From Heptranchias perlo (lineage: Eukaryota), in assembly GCF_035084215.1 (NCBI RefSeq), contig NC_090354.1:19034001-19098000 (forward strand): 64,000 nt of DNA, written 5' to 3'. A program made the translations under genes and the position numbers. Below are positions 39,253 through 51,159 of the stretch, piece after piece. Numbering within the stretch: the first letter of the stretch is position 1; every line of letters starts with the position of its first letter. The notes under the pieces are model-generated. The model made no database searches, had not been told where the DNA came from, and was given only the letters and a program-made list of their open reading frames with translations.

Positions 39253-41040
39253 TTGCTCATCCATGTTTTCTCAGCACAGGTGAACGCCCACTAAGAGGGT
39301 TATATTCTCTCTTTTACTCTACTGTTTTACTTTTTCCTGTAAGCGGAATATGTCATATTAATATCTTGCTAAGAACTGTGGACAAAATTATATAATCGGA
39401 AAGTCACAGGTTCAGATATTTCGCTAGTGGTGAGGGGCACTTAACTGGAGAAATTAGTTGCTCTTTTTAAAATGTCATGGCAACTCAGTTGGACTAAGTC
39501 AATAAAAAGAGCCTGTTCTCATTAATAGTAACTAAATCATGCAGACAGTAGTAATGTAATTATAGCACTAGGTTCAGTATGAAGTTCATTTCTCCTGTAA
39601 CGGGCAATTTTTGTTGGTGAATGCTTACCCCTTCTGGGTCCCATGCTGTCACATTATATCAAACAACTTGGTTTCTCTGCCAGTTCCATTCAGATTTTCA
39701 ACACCCTGACAAAAATCTTGTGGCAGTGTGGTTCTGAACCCTGTAGGCACCCATACCATAGCTCAGTTCAAATACCAGTTCACCAGCCCTCATCAGTTAC
39801 CATGACAATGACATGTACGTGATTTCCTCCACAGCACTGATCTCACACTGCACAGTAAAGATGACCGTGACAACAGAAAACACAAAGCCACCGATATTCT
39901 ATAATGAAGATTTTCTTAGAGAAATACAAAAGTGAGACCAACAAGTAAATGTATTTATCCATTTTGAAATTATCAAAATACCTCTTAAAAGTGAAGATCA
40001 CAAGATTTGGGTGAGGGTTCCACACTGACTGTTTGAGATGGACAACTGATGATTTATGGCACCACGAACTTGTGGACATGTCTCTATCTCTATACAGAAG
40101 ATAGATAATTGACTTTTAGCTGTAGTAGTCATAATTATCTGAATGAAGATTAGATTTTACATACTGATGAACACTATGATATGTAATTAGCAAAATCAGA
40201 GATAAATCTGCCTCTAGGAGTTTCCAGACAGGTGCCACATGATCTGTCCTTCCTAGGCCGGTAAGTTCTGCCCCTCCCTGGATTGGCATCAGAGAAGATA
40301 TCTTAGCTAAAGGTTCTGGGACTAGATCCACAATCTCCTTTATGGATTCATAATAACAATTATTAACTTATATCTAAGAAGAATTCTCAGTATAAGTTGC
40401 TGAGGAAAAAAAATCAGCAAAAATATGAATTGGTTTTCAATATGCTGAGAGGAATGGATAATGCAGATACAAGCGGGTTATTTAACTTGCACTGTGAGCG
40501 CAGAACTAGAGTACATGAGTACACACCAACGAACCTCAAGGAAGATTTGAGATAAAGTAATTCTCCCCCACCCCGTGAGAGTAGTGCCTATGTGGATTAG
40601 ACACCCAGCTAAAGCACTTAATGTTATGTTAAATACCACCTTTAAAGTAAAAGAACTGGCTGAATATCTGCTTAGGAAAGGGACTGAGGGTATAAGGATA
40701 AGTGCTGTCATGTTGTTGGGTTTTTACACTAGATATTTTCTTGGGTTCAACGTCACTCCCTACTCCTGTAAGTGGACCTTATATCCCCAACAATCTGGAG
40801 TAGATCCTTTTCTGCCCAGTATCTAGATGAATGATAGCGAGACCTAGGGAACAAAACACTGAAATCTTTACTCTGTACATCGGCTGTTGGAACATATCAA
40901 GTTCCATCACATGGATTTTCCTCTCTCTAAGAAATCAAACTGATTTATACACTCTTACCAAATTGAGATGCAGGCTTTGGACAAACAAGTGGTATTATTT
41001 TCATAAGTTAGATGAATGACAGTAACTAATATAACACAAT

Positions 41041-41776
41041 GGGCCAGATCTTGCTCCGACCGGTGTGGCAAGGGTGTCCGCACATCCTGCGGACAAAGAC
41101 TACGAGAAAACTTACCTCGTGGTCTCCGACGTCCATTTGCTCCCTTTTCAATTTTTTTCAGTTCGGCGCTATGGTTTCAGCACAACTTCCTTTCGATAGA
41201 GACTGTGGGGATGGAAGCCACGCCCACAGAATCTGTCAAGAAGCGAAGTCACGCCCACAAGCAGGCAAGTATAAATCATTCATTTAAAGTAAACTTCTGT
41301 ATGCTAGTTTAAATAAAAATTTAACATTACTTATAAAAAGCTAAGCAAATGATTTAATTTTTAATGAAGCATACAGAAGTTAAAAGTAAAAAAAAAATTA
41401 CAATTTTTAATTTTTAAAAAATGTTTTTATGATCAAAAAATTGAGTAAATTGACATTCCACATTTTTAAAATTTTAATTTTTTGATATTTTGCAGATATT
41501 AACACCGCGCTTTTAAAAAGTAGCACAGGGCTGGTATTTTCCAGGGCGTAAGTATCTTCGTTCCAGCTGGGCAGATGTGTAAGTTTAACGATTTCTATGA
41601 TTTTAGGGAACCATGTCCCTTTAATTCGGAACTGTCAAACTGGCGGTGAACCAATGGCAGCAATTTCGCGATTTCAGGGTTTTACTGCGCATTCGCAAAC
41701 TAGCACAATCGATTCGCTGGCGGAGAGATTGGACGCCATTCAGGGTCGGCGTTTGTGGGTGAGCAATTTCTTGGCC
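41041..41776. mobile_element. MITE-like element
   Basis: Imperfect terminal inverted repeats ggccagatcttgctc / gagcaatttcttggcc. CpG-rich arms and an AT-rich centre. Confidence 0.6.
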
Positions 41777-42986
41777 ATTATATATAATTTCTATACACTT
41801 CTTGAATATATAAATCAACAAAGACACCACACATTCTCTCTATAAACAAGGATCTTAAAAATAGGTTTCTTGCCATAAATGCATTCCCTGGCTAGGTTGG
41901 AACTGATTTTTAAAATACAAACAGCTCTCTGATTGTTGTCTGTGAGATTCACACAGTGACTGCTCTCTGAAGACTGACTGTGGCCTGCCAGTATCATTCT
42001 GTAGGAGGAGGCCTCTGGCCACTCATTGACCAGATCCCTCTGTGATGGACAATCAATGTGCCCTGTCCCCTTATCAAAAGGTCGAAGAAACAGCTGACAA
42101 TCAAAGTCATTGCCCCAGGCTGGGCCTATCTTTGATCTGTGACGAGGTGGCTTATGAACACCCTCACTGAGAGTGGAATAAAACAACAAATTACGTATCT
42201 CTCATTAATACATTAGAACAAGAGCCATTCTTCAATGCTGGAAAATACTCCTTGGTAATGGCAAAGATGCTGGTCATTGAATGGAAATGCTCCAGACAAT
42301 TGCCATGTGGCATTTATATTATCCTCAGTCTTAACGGTTTGCACTCATGAAGAACACTTTAGTCAACTCAGCTGGAACCAAACAGATGTTTTTCTCATTC
42401 TGCTTTAATCAGCATGATTCCAGCGATACAAAATATAACTTAACTAAAGGCACTTGTCACAAGAACAAATAGAGATGATTAAATATTGTGCGGAACATAA
42501 TGTTCCTGAACTCGAGACTTATAAATGCCATGTCTAGGAAATTAGTTAAGGAAGAATAATGCATCTTTTTGCATCTACTACATCTATATTTTACCTTCAA
42601 TACAGGTATAACCAAATAAAGGATAGCTTAGTTATTTTTCTGACCTGGAAGCCAAGACCTTCTAACAAGATCACTATTTAAATTACATTTTAGAACAGTG
42701 TTGTGGGGGGGGGTGCGGGGGCTACGCTGCCCCTTTAAAATACTCATGACTGTAAGACTTACTGTTACATTTTAAACAATGTTCCACAAGGTTATTTTTC
42801 CAATAGCTTTTGAGAATTTTACCGTGGTACAATTGGAAATATTGCGATAATGGTGAAAAAGATAATAGATGTTAAACATTTCAGTAAAAATAAGTGAAAT
42901 ATAAAATTATAGCTTTACATCATATCTGGCAGTCATTTTCCTCTCGGTTCTACAATTCTGTTTGAACAGGACGGAATAATTCTTAC

Positions 42987-43137
42987 CAGCTTCACCCCAG
43001 ACTGGCAAGTAGTCATCCTGCTGAATGTCCAACATAATCTCGAGGCCGTTGCCAGTCCCACCCTGCACGGTGGTCAGTAGAGGCTTGTCATCACTTCCTG
43101 AGTTAAACATGTAGCACTTCCCATATCTGGTAAAAAC
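42987..43137 (-). CDS. asic2: Internal coding exon (151 bp, exon 2 equivalent) of acid-sensing ion channel 2
   Basis: Acceptor ttcatgtag|GTT and donor GCTG|gtaag. Translation [57 protein letters not shown] and KPLLTTV match ASIC2 better than ASIC1 (CYTFNSG..RPRLKTM). Confidence 0.93.
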
Positions 43138-43349
43138 CTACATGAAAGATAATAGATAAATATAAATAATATCAACCAGTACATAAATTATACTTTCCAA
43201 TATTTGCCATTTATATTGTCCTCAGTCTTACCAATTTGCACTTATGAAGAACACTATCTGGAACTGAACAGATTTTTTTTTCCTTATTTCTCCAATATTT
43301 AACATTAACTGAGGTGATCGTACCCTAATCTGTTCTGTCTAATATATAT

Positions 43350-43690
43350 AACAACTTGCATTTATATAGCGCCTTTAACGTAGTAAAGCAGCTCAAGGTG
43401 CTTCACAGGAGTGTAATCGGATAAAAATTGACACTGAACCAAAGAAAGAGACATGAGGACAAGTGACCCAAAGCTTGGTCAAATAGGTAGGTTTTAAGGA
43501 GCATCTTAAAGGGGGAGAGAGGTGGAGAGGCGGAGAGGTTTAGGGAGGGAATTCCAGTGCTTAGGGCCAAGACAGCTGAAGACACATTCACCAATCCACC
43601 ATGTCGGAGATGCAGAGGGTCCAGAGTTGGAGGAATGCAAGAGTTCTCGAAAGGTTGTAGGGCTGGAGGAGGTTACAGAGATAGGGATAT
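43350..43690 (-). mobile_element. L2 LINE 3' end
   Basis: caacttgcatttatatagcgcc tail, aagcttggtcaaataggtagg and gtttagggagggaattcc are complementary to the L2 end at 10975-11187. Confidence 0.85.
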
Positions 43691-43897
43691 AAACATATCA
43701 TGTGCCGTCCTCAAGGGTTTGTTACACTTTTGTGCATTTGGATAAAGGTCTGTCAAGTTTGTCAATACCTCACTTACAGTTCATTGTTGCTTCACAAATA
43801 ATAACACACATAGCTCATTACTGCTGTTTACTTTAAACATTCAAAGTGGCAAGATCATAATGAGTCATAATACCACACATATTTTACATAAATACTA

Positions 43898-43995
43898 TAG
43901 GAACATAGGAACAGGAGTAGGCCATTTAGCCTCTCGAGGCTGTTCCGCTATACAATGAGATCATGGCTGATCTGTGACCTAACTCCATATACATC
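43898..43995 (-). mobile_element. Short CR1 3'UTR tail fragment (a similar one lies at about 44468-44545)
   Basis: aggaacataggaacaggagtaggccatttagc..gagatcatggctgatctg. Confidence 0.75.
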
Positions 43996-44602
43996 ATTCA
44001 GAAATGAAAATCTACAAAAGGCCACCACGTTCCAAACTTCTTTTTCCAGCGAATAGGACATATTCTACCCTAAAAAACACACTAGGAAAATCCCAACACG
44101 ATTAACACCGACTTCACAAATATTTGTTGAAAGATGCTGCTAATGAGGTTGATTAAGGTGAGCATTTCCAACATTCCAGAACCAACCATTCCGTTTTCTT
44201 TTGTGAAGTGCTATGACCAATTAAAAATCTTCTATTTAAGAAATAACCAGCTGAATTGTCAGCCGGCTGTACAACATTTGTATCCTTCATAAAATAAATT
44301 GTCAGTCAACAATTGTCACCCAAAACTGACAATAAACTGGATCATGTTTTCCCATCATTAGCAAGATTGCAAGAATCTTGTATATAACCATATTAGTGAA
44401 TGTATCAAGCAGCATCACAACTTACAAAATGATCCTGATGAATAGCACATTATGGAACAGGGAGCAAAAGAACATGGGAACAGGAGTGGGCCATTCAGCC
44501 CCTTGATCCTGTTCCGCCATTCGATTAGATCGGGGCTGATCTGTACCACACTGTACATAGGAAAATTCACACTGCTTGTCACAGAGATGACTAAATACTA
44601 TA

Positions 44603-44757
44603 GAGTTGAATTTCCTTCGGGTTCCCTTCGATCATCCACTGGAATTTTAGCGGAAGATCTATGGATACCCTGGAGAAACATTGTTTCTCCAAGGTTTCCA
44701 CGGATCTTTCACTAAAGCTGATGGCAGATAATCGTGAGAACCCATCCGAATTTCAAA
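44603..44757. mobile_element. Small palindromic MITE-like element
   Basis: Centre ggagaaacattgtttctcc with symmetric ttagcggaagatc / gatctttcactaa. Relatives at 48158-48304 and 21191-21254. Confidence 0.65.
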
Positions 44758-45134
44758 TAGCAAAATCAAGTCAATCTACAGCTACCTGTTTAGCAGAACC
44801 CAGACAGCCAGACTGAGCGCATACTTATCAAAGTCCAGGCAGAATGGCCTTATCATGGCCAGGCTGTTATACTGCGTATGTCTCAATCAGGGCCGAGATG
44901 CTCAGTCTCAGTACAAACCTATTAGAATCCAGAAATGTAATACACAGATACTACAGATTATAACACAACTCATTCTTCAAGTAGATACTAATGACAACCT
45001 ATTCTTAATGACTATTGATAATACCAGTACCATCTGCATGAGCCCCAATACTAACCTTACACTACAAATAATTAACATATCTACACTTGTGTGTTAATAC
45101 TGCTTATGTACCATCAGTGAGTATTAATCCCAAT

Positions 45135-45500
45135 GACTCTGGGTAAATGGACTGACCAGTTTGGTAGTGAGTCCATACATAACTGGTAGATTCCAAGATC
45201 AATCCCTGCTCTGTGTTCAGCCAGAGTTCTGAAAAGGGCACTCAGTGCCCTCAAACTAGAGTGGAAAGAAATCAGCCAGGGTTACTGCTCTTGATCACTA
45301 TTCTGCTGGAAAGTGCATGTTTGTGGCTACCAGGTGAAGATAGGATTGAGTTCAGTTGTGATGCCCCTGCAGTCAAATATCTTGCTTTTAGGCTTTTACT
45401 GTCTGGGCTCACATGAGGAATAGCCACTTTGATGAGGTATCAGAATACAGTGAGCAGCTGTGGAACTGTACCCCAGCAAGAGTCAATACCTTTGGGATAG
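45135..45500 (+). mobile_element. Old SINE-like dispersed repeat
   Basis: Collinear with 21995-22325. Confidence 0.5.
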
Positions 45501-46637
45501 AAGAGTGGAATATTTGAAAAAGAGTTAAAACTTTTATATTGCATAGAATCACATAGAAATTACAAGATAGAATTCGAAACAACTATTCAATATATTTTAC
45601 CCGAACTTTAGTACTGCTCCCAAGGATTGATCTCTATTAATTGAAAACATCTATGGATACTAGTCATAAAATATAAATTAATTCATTTATACAAACACTT
45701 TTGTATTAATACAGAACCTGTACTGTAAATGAGAACTGATACAGTGCACTCTGTATATCATGATTGATTTACATAGATTCCTCAATGATCACTATAACCA
45801 AATAGGGTGCAAAGCTACAGTGGTCTGCAGGGCAGCCTGGCATGGTCAGTACTGCACAAGTTCTAAAATACTGAAGAGGAAGATAGGCTGAGTAGCACTA
45901 AGGCTTTTACAAAGTTTATTGATCAGCTATTTAAAATATTGGTCAGTGCTGCTCAGCTGTTTAGAAATAGTGCTCCCGGCCATTTTTAACAGCTGTGCAG
46001 CGCTCGGCTGGCAGTGCTGCCCAACAGCCGAGAGCGGATCCACAGGGTGTCGTAGGGGTTGGCACTTTTTGATTTGGCATAGCGATCTTCTGGAACTTTT
46101 TGAACTGTAGGGAGTCCGGTACACCCGACAGAAAATGTGGGACATTAGGCGAAGCAGCAAATTTGCACAGCCCGATTCACTGGCACAGCCATTTCTGGAT
46201 TCTGAAAGGTTGGTTGCTTGATCGATGGCATTAGAACCAAAGTATTTGCTGTGTGTGTGTGTGTGTGTGTAATCAATTCCAAGTTTTGAAAGCAGAAACA
46301 ACGTTTAAACTGCAAATTTAAGGTTTGAAAATTGTGAACATTGTCTCGTTATGCAGTTTGTTTTGAAAATGTATTTAAATTAATTTCTTGATTTTCTGTG
46401 GCCTACGTTGTACTGACCAAATGTTGAGATTTTCAATTTCCCACAGAAGACAATGAAACATACTGATGAGCAAGTCGCTGGGGCTTTTAAGCTCTTTACT
46501 GCTTATTTGTTTACAGTGCCTGTGGGTAAAGTGCTGTTCAGCTTCTTTAAGATGTGGAGATGCCGGTGATGGACTGGGGTTGACAATTGTAAACAATTTT
46601 ACAACACCAAGTTATAGTCCAGCAATTTTATTTTAAA

Positions 46638-46676
46638 TTCACAAGCTTTCGGAGGCTTCCTCCTTCGTCAGGTGAA
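46638..46676 (-). ncRNA. Minimal type I hammerhead ribozyme motif (minus strand)
   Basis: Exact mirror copy of 46701-46739. Confidence 0.65.
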
Positions 46677-46700
46677 CGATGTGAAGCCTCCTTCACATCG

Positions 46701-46739
46701 TTCACCTGACGAAGGAGGAAGCCTCCGAAAGCTTGTGAA
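46701..46739 (+). ncRNA. Minimal type I hammerhead ribozyme motif (plus strand)
   Basis: ttcac-CTGACGA-a-ggagg/aag/cctcc-GAAA-gc-TT-gtgaa. Intact core, perfect stems I and II, and the palindrome aagctt in place of stem III. Confidence 0.7.
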
Positions 46740-47341
46740 TTTAAAATAAAATTGCTGGACTATAACTTGGTGTTGTAAAATTGTTTACAGCTTCTTTAAA
46801 GTGCTGGTAAGCACAGGGCAATGAAGTGTTTAAAAGCACCGAATAGCAGCTGATAAGGTGGGGGCTTAAACTCTAGTGGAGCCTCTGCTCTCGGCCAGCT
46901 GGCTCTCACCAACAGCAAGATGAAACCAGTTAATTTAACGACTGCAGCAAAATCCCTGTTCAATGTAGACTCTGCCAGATAGCTTAACTGCTCTATTGCT
47001 GAATTAATTCCAACTCAGTAATGAGCTCATTGTTACCTGGTTTATTCCATTTTCCTGCCTGGAAAACTGCCAAATCATTCTCTAAAAGCTCGTTAATGAG
47101 GCCTTAACACACAATAGCAGATTTTTCAAAAACAATTTTGCTGCAAATCTAATTCCCCGATTTTTGGATGGAAAATTGGGAGTAGTGCAGAAAAGGGGAG
47201 GGGGGGAACCCTGGTATTTTAACTTTTCTCAAAGATTTCAATCAGATTTAATATTTGTTGCCATCGCTGTTGGATGACAATAGAAAACATCTCCATTTAT
47301 AGCTTTGTACTGTAAATTTTTAAATATTACCCAGGTACTAT

Positions 47342-47884
47342 GGACTGATTTTGAACCATTTACCACTCCGATTTTGGTGGGACTGAAGTGATAACAAGAT
47401 CAAAATTGAAAAGATTTATCACCCCGCTGCCGCCCACATCCAGCCCACTCCCATTTTGGTCCAGGCCGGCATATAAGTGGCCAAAAGCTCCCGCCGGAAG
47501 CAGAAGCAGCTTTACCTGGGTGCTCCGAAGGCATTAACGGTAAGTTTATTTAAAAGTCAATGTTCCTCCTGGCCCCACAAAAATCGTCCCATCCACTGCT
47601 GGACCCTCCGCGCCCCCGCGCCCCCCTCCACTGCAATGGCTTCCTGCCCTTTCATCAGAAACAGCTCGACTCGGCTCCGCGGAGGAACCACCAGATTTCC
47701 GCCTCCCCCAACCCGCACCTCCACTCCAGTGAACAGCCGGTCAGTGCCCCAAACACACAAGCTACTCGCCATGAATATTAAAACGAGGCCCGGCCATGAA
47801 AATGGTTCAATTTTATCCGATGGGCGTTGGGCTCGCTCCATCAACCTCCCTTTCGATGAAAGGGATCACATGAAAATCAACTCC
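47342..47884. mobile_element. GC-rich MITE-like element
   Basis: Imperfect termini ggactgatttt / aaaatcaactcc. Contains ggtaagt and the core tcctcctggccccacaa shared with 34522-35075. Confidence 0.6.
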
Positions 47885-48157
47885 TATAAATAAATATTAA
47901 TACAGATCCTATACTAGAATTAATATTAATGTCACTCTATACTGTAAATCAGTATTAACAGTGTTACTGGTTAGTAGAAATCAAAAGCTTTTGCTGTCCA
48001 TCCTCCAGACTCTCACGTTCACAGTCAACCCGACTAAATCATGGATTGAGGATAATTAGTGGAAACTACATGTAGTTGTAATGCCAGGCCAGTAGTGTAC
48101 ATAGTGCCTTTCATTATAAATCATCCCTCTCTCCTTATACAGCTTGTGATCCAGCTA

Positions 48158-48304
48158 CTTATTTCCACGATGGTTCTTCGACCGTCTACTGTAACTTCAG
48201 CGGAAGATCTACAAAAACCCGGAGAAACGGCCTTAATGGCGTTTACGCTGTTTCTCTGGGGTTTCCGTGGATCTTTCACCAAACCCCTGCAGAAAATCGA
48301 CCCC
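48158..48304. mobile_element. Palindromic MITE-like element, relative of 44603-44757
   Basis: agcggaagatcta..ccggagaaacg..gtttctctggggtttccgtggatctttcac. Confidence 0.6.
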
Positions 48305-49650
48305 TCTCTGTCCATAACATCGTTCAGCAAACAACACTGCTTAATAATCCCTTAAACTCTCTCTGTATTGTGTGACTTACCTGATCCAAAATGTTTTGTC
48401 CGGACAAGGAGTTATTTCTTAACTGGTCATTAAGGCCAATATTCTTGGTAATTTTGGGAACAAATTCAGTGCGAGTTAAAACGTGATGTTGCTGGAAAAT
48501 ACTAACAGGCTATTTGGTCGTGTTGAGCCAAAAATTGGTTAATGATCGTTAGCAAAAAGAAAGAAAATAGCCCATTTTTGCTTGTTAGTGGCATTAATGA
48601 GGAACTAATGTAGGTTCTCTCAGCTGCAGAAGGGACTATTTTATTTCAGGTCATACCTGGCATGAGTGGGCTTGACAAATAGGATATTTTTGAAATGTCA
48701 CCACAACAGCGACAGAAAAGTACAGAGCCAATTCACGTTGACTCTTTCCCTGATCATCTAATCTCGTCAGACTCTGAGGGCTGTGTGGACAGAAATTAAA
48801 CGATTTATTATTGGTTTTTGTTTTCCATAGTAAAAAGGGAAATAAAAAACTAGATGTCTAGAGATGAAAAATTGTTTTATATAAGTAGCAGCCCTAAAGC
48901 AACCATATTTTTCTTAAACAGTACTGAAAAATGTGTTCCTACACCATATTTAATAAAGAAAAGATAAAACTCTGCCAATGAATGTGATAGGATTCAAAAA
49001 TATTTTTAATTTTTCACTCTGACAATGGAGAAAAAGAAATGGAAAATAACACCCATAAGACATATGATTACACAATTTTAAAATAACAGTTACAGGCACT
49101 GGGAGTGAGTAATGTCACAGGAAAACAAAACATCAGCAGAGCCCTGACTGGATTACAAAGAGAACACAAACAGAATAAAACTTATAAAATGTGGATCACC
49201 CTCAGCAAACATAATAGAAATACATTATTTTTGTTCTTAAATAATATTGCCAGATATTTTAAGTTAATATAGATTTTTTTTAAAAAGCAAAAGTTTTAAA
49301 TTAGAATATATCCAATATTTAATCATATTTTCCTTATGCTGAACCTGAACAAATGGAGAAGAATAAAGCATAATTTACAATTTTAGTATTGAGCAGTGTA
49401 AATAATTGCAACATGGCTCTATATTACTGTAAAATATAATTCAATAAACTAACAACAAAAGTCTGAATATTCTTTATTTAACTTGTTTTATTCAACTAAA
49501 TTACTAGTTTGTTTTATTGTATTATAAATGAATAATTAAATAAGATAAATTTCTATCCACTATTTAACAGGATCTTCCATCTCTAATGATGCAGTTATTT
49601 TGTTTTCTAATATAAAAAAATAAAAATTGTGCCACTGATTCATAATCACA

Positions 49651-49827
49651 TGGGAGTAATTTTCTTTCCTTCAGCACATGGCCGATAATCTGGATTCCCC
49701 ACGTTTTTCATTCCACTGAAATTAATGGAATGAAAATTGGGCAGGTTCTATAATGGGCAGGTTCTATAATGGGCAGGTTCTATATTTGGGCAGTTAATTC
49801 GTTTCGCCAGATAAAAAATTATCCCAT
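49651..49827. mobile_element. Short MITE-like element with an internal hairpin and a 16-bp triple tandem repeat
   Basis: Termini tgggagtaatttt / aaaattatccca. Hairpin ttttcattcca..tggaatgaaaa. gggcaggttctataat occurs about three times. Confidence 0.55.
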
Positions 49828-51159
49828 TGAATCATCTGATCCCATGTTCTCCTCTAATTTAAAATCAATTATAGGTACTGTTCTAGGAGGTGATGTGTTG
49901 ATGATGAGGAGCTGGTAATAAGGTCTATCACACAGTCATCAGGAGCATTAACTGATAATGTACAAATAGGCAAAAGTGTTAGTAATGCAGAGGAAGGACT
50001 AAACAAACTTAAATTCAGATACGTGGGACAGTACAGAGCCAAAATAGGCCAGGACAGTTCTTGAGCAGGACAGACAGAACTGCAACAATGGGCCCAAGCA
50101 CTTGCAGGGTTTTGTAGGTATAACAGGATTATCTTAATTTTAGTTAAGCCATAACAAATAGGTGTATACTCCACTGCTGGATTAAGTTACGTAGCTTGTT
50201 AGCTGCATCAGAAGTATTAAAGGATCATTGGTGGTTTGCGTTTGGAGCATTGTGGTTAATAGCTTCCTGTTATCACTAAAAAAAATCTTGTTCTCAGGAA
50301 GTGCACGTGTGCATTCCCACAAGTGTTTTGGCGAGATAGGTCCTAACTTATTTATTGTTTTTCCTCCTCCTTAGTAATTATCTAATTACAGTTAGTTTCC
50401 TGTCTTACTGATTATGTAATTATAGTTCGAGACCAAACTGATCAGTCCATTTGTAACATTTTTACTGGAGCTGTGAACATAACATTCACAAATTGGGATT
50501 TTTTTTTATATAATTATCCTAAAATCAGCAGCACTAAAATCCATACTGGCAGACTTTATGGATACCTTAAACCAAATTGAGCAAAGGTTGAAATATAGGT
50601 GGCCTTGAGTTTAATGAGTTTCCTTAATTTCTCAGCACATCATAGGCAGTAGTCAATGCATCCATTACTATTTCATTTGAGTTTTAACAGTGGATACATC
50701 CTCAGAGTATTTAATTACATACTGCTCTCATTGTATGAATAAAGTTATTGTAATAGACACTGACCATAAAAATCGCTGCAAATTATTTCTTGATAAACCT
50801 ACAGTACAGGTATCACATGTGTTAATCTCTTGGCATGAATGCTGCTCTGCATCAAAGGCAGGGAATATGCCTGCAATCAGCGTCAATGTTGACAGTTGCT
50901 GTCAATGGAAGAACGTTACCAGAACTGAATAAAACCAACCAATGAATAGAACAGTATATATTATAAAAATAACAGACACCATTGAGTGATTTCAAGACAG
51001 TTATTTACTCAGGGTTCGGATGATAGTTTTAAACCATTCAAGACGTGTGTGAATTGTAATATCATCCAAATCCCAGAATCCCTTGTAATTACAGCTATGC
51101 TGATTATTCTGTTGCACAGTGTAGCAAATACTGTAGCACTAAGGCTACTGTATACCTTC

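Larger units (their letters stand above)
46551..46789 (-). mobile_element. Penelope-like element terminal repeat with an inverted partial copy, forming a perfect palindrome
   Basis: Arms 46588-46686 and 46691-46789 are exact reverse complements, with 37 bp of unique terminal extension (46551-46587). Flanking direct repeat cagcttctttaa at 46539-46550 and 46788-46799. Confidence 0.8.

Noticed and set aside
38362-39264. 300-aa and 251-aa His/Ser/Leu/Thr-rich ORFs
   Set aside because: Stop-free reading of the (ACTC)n microsatellite with no protein features.
42907-43110. 67-aa standalone ORF starting MFNSG
   Set aside because: The Met is internal to the exon, and residues after WGEA read through the splice donor into the intron.
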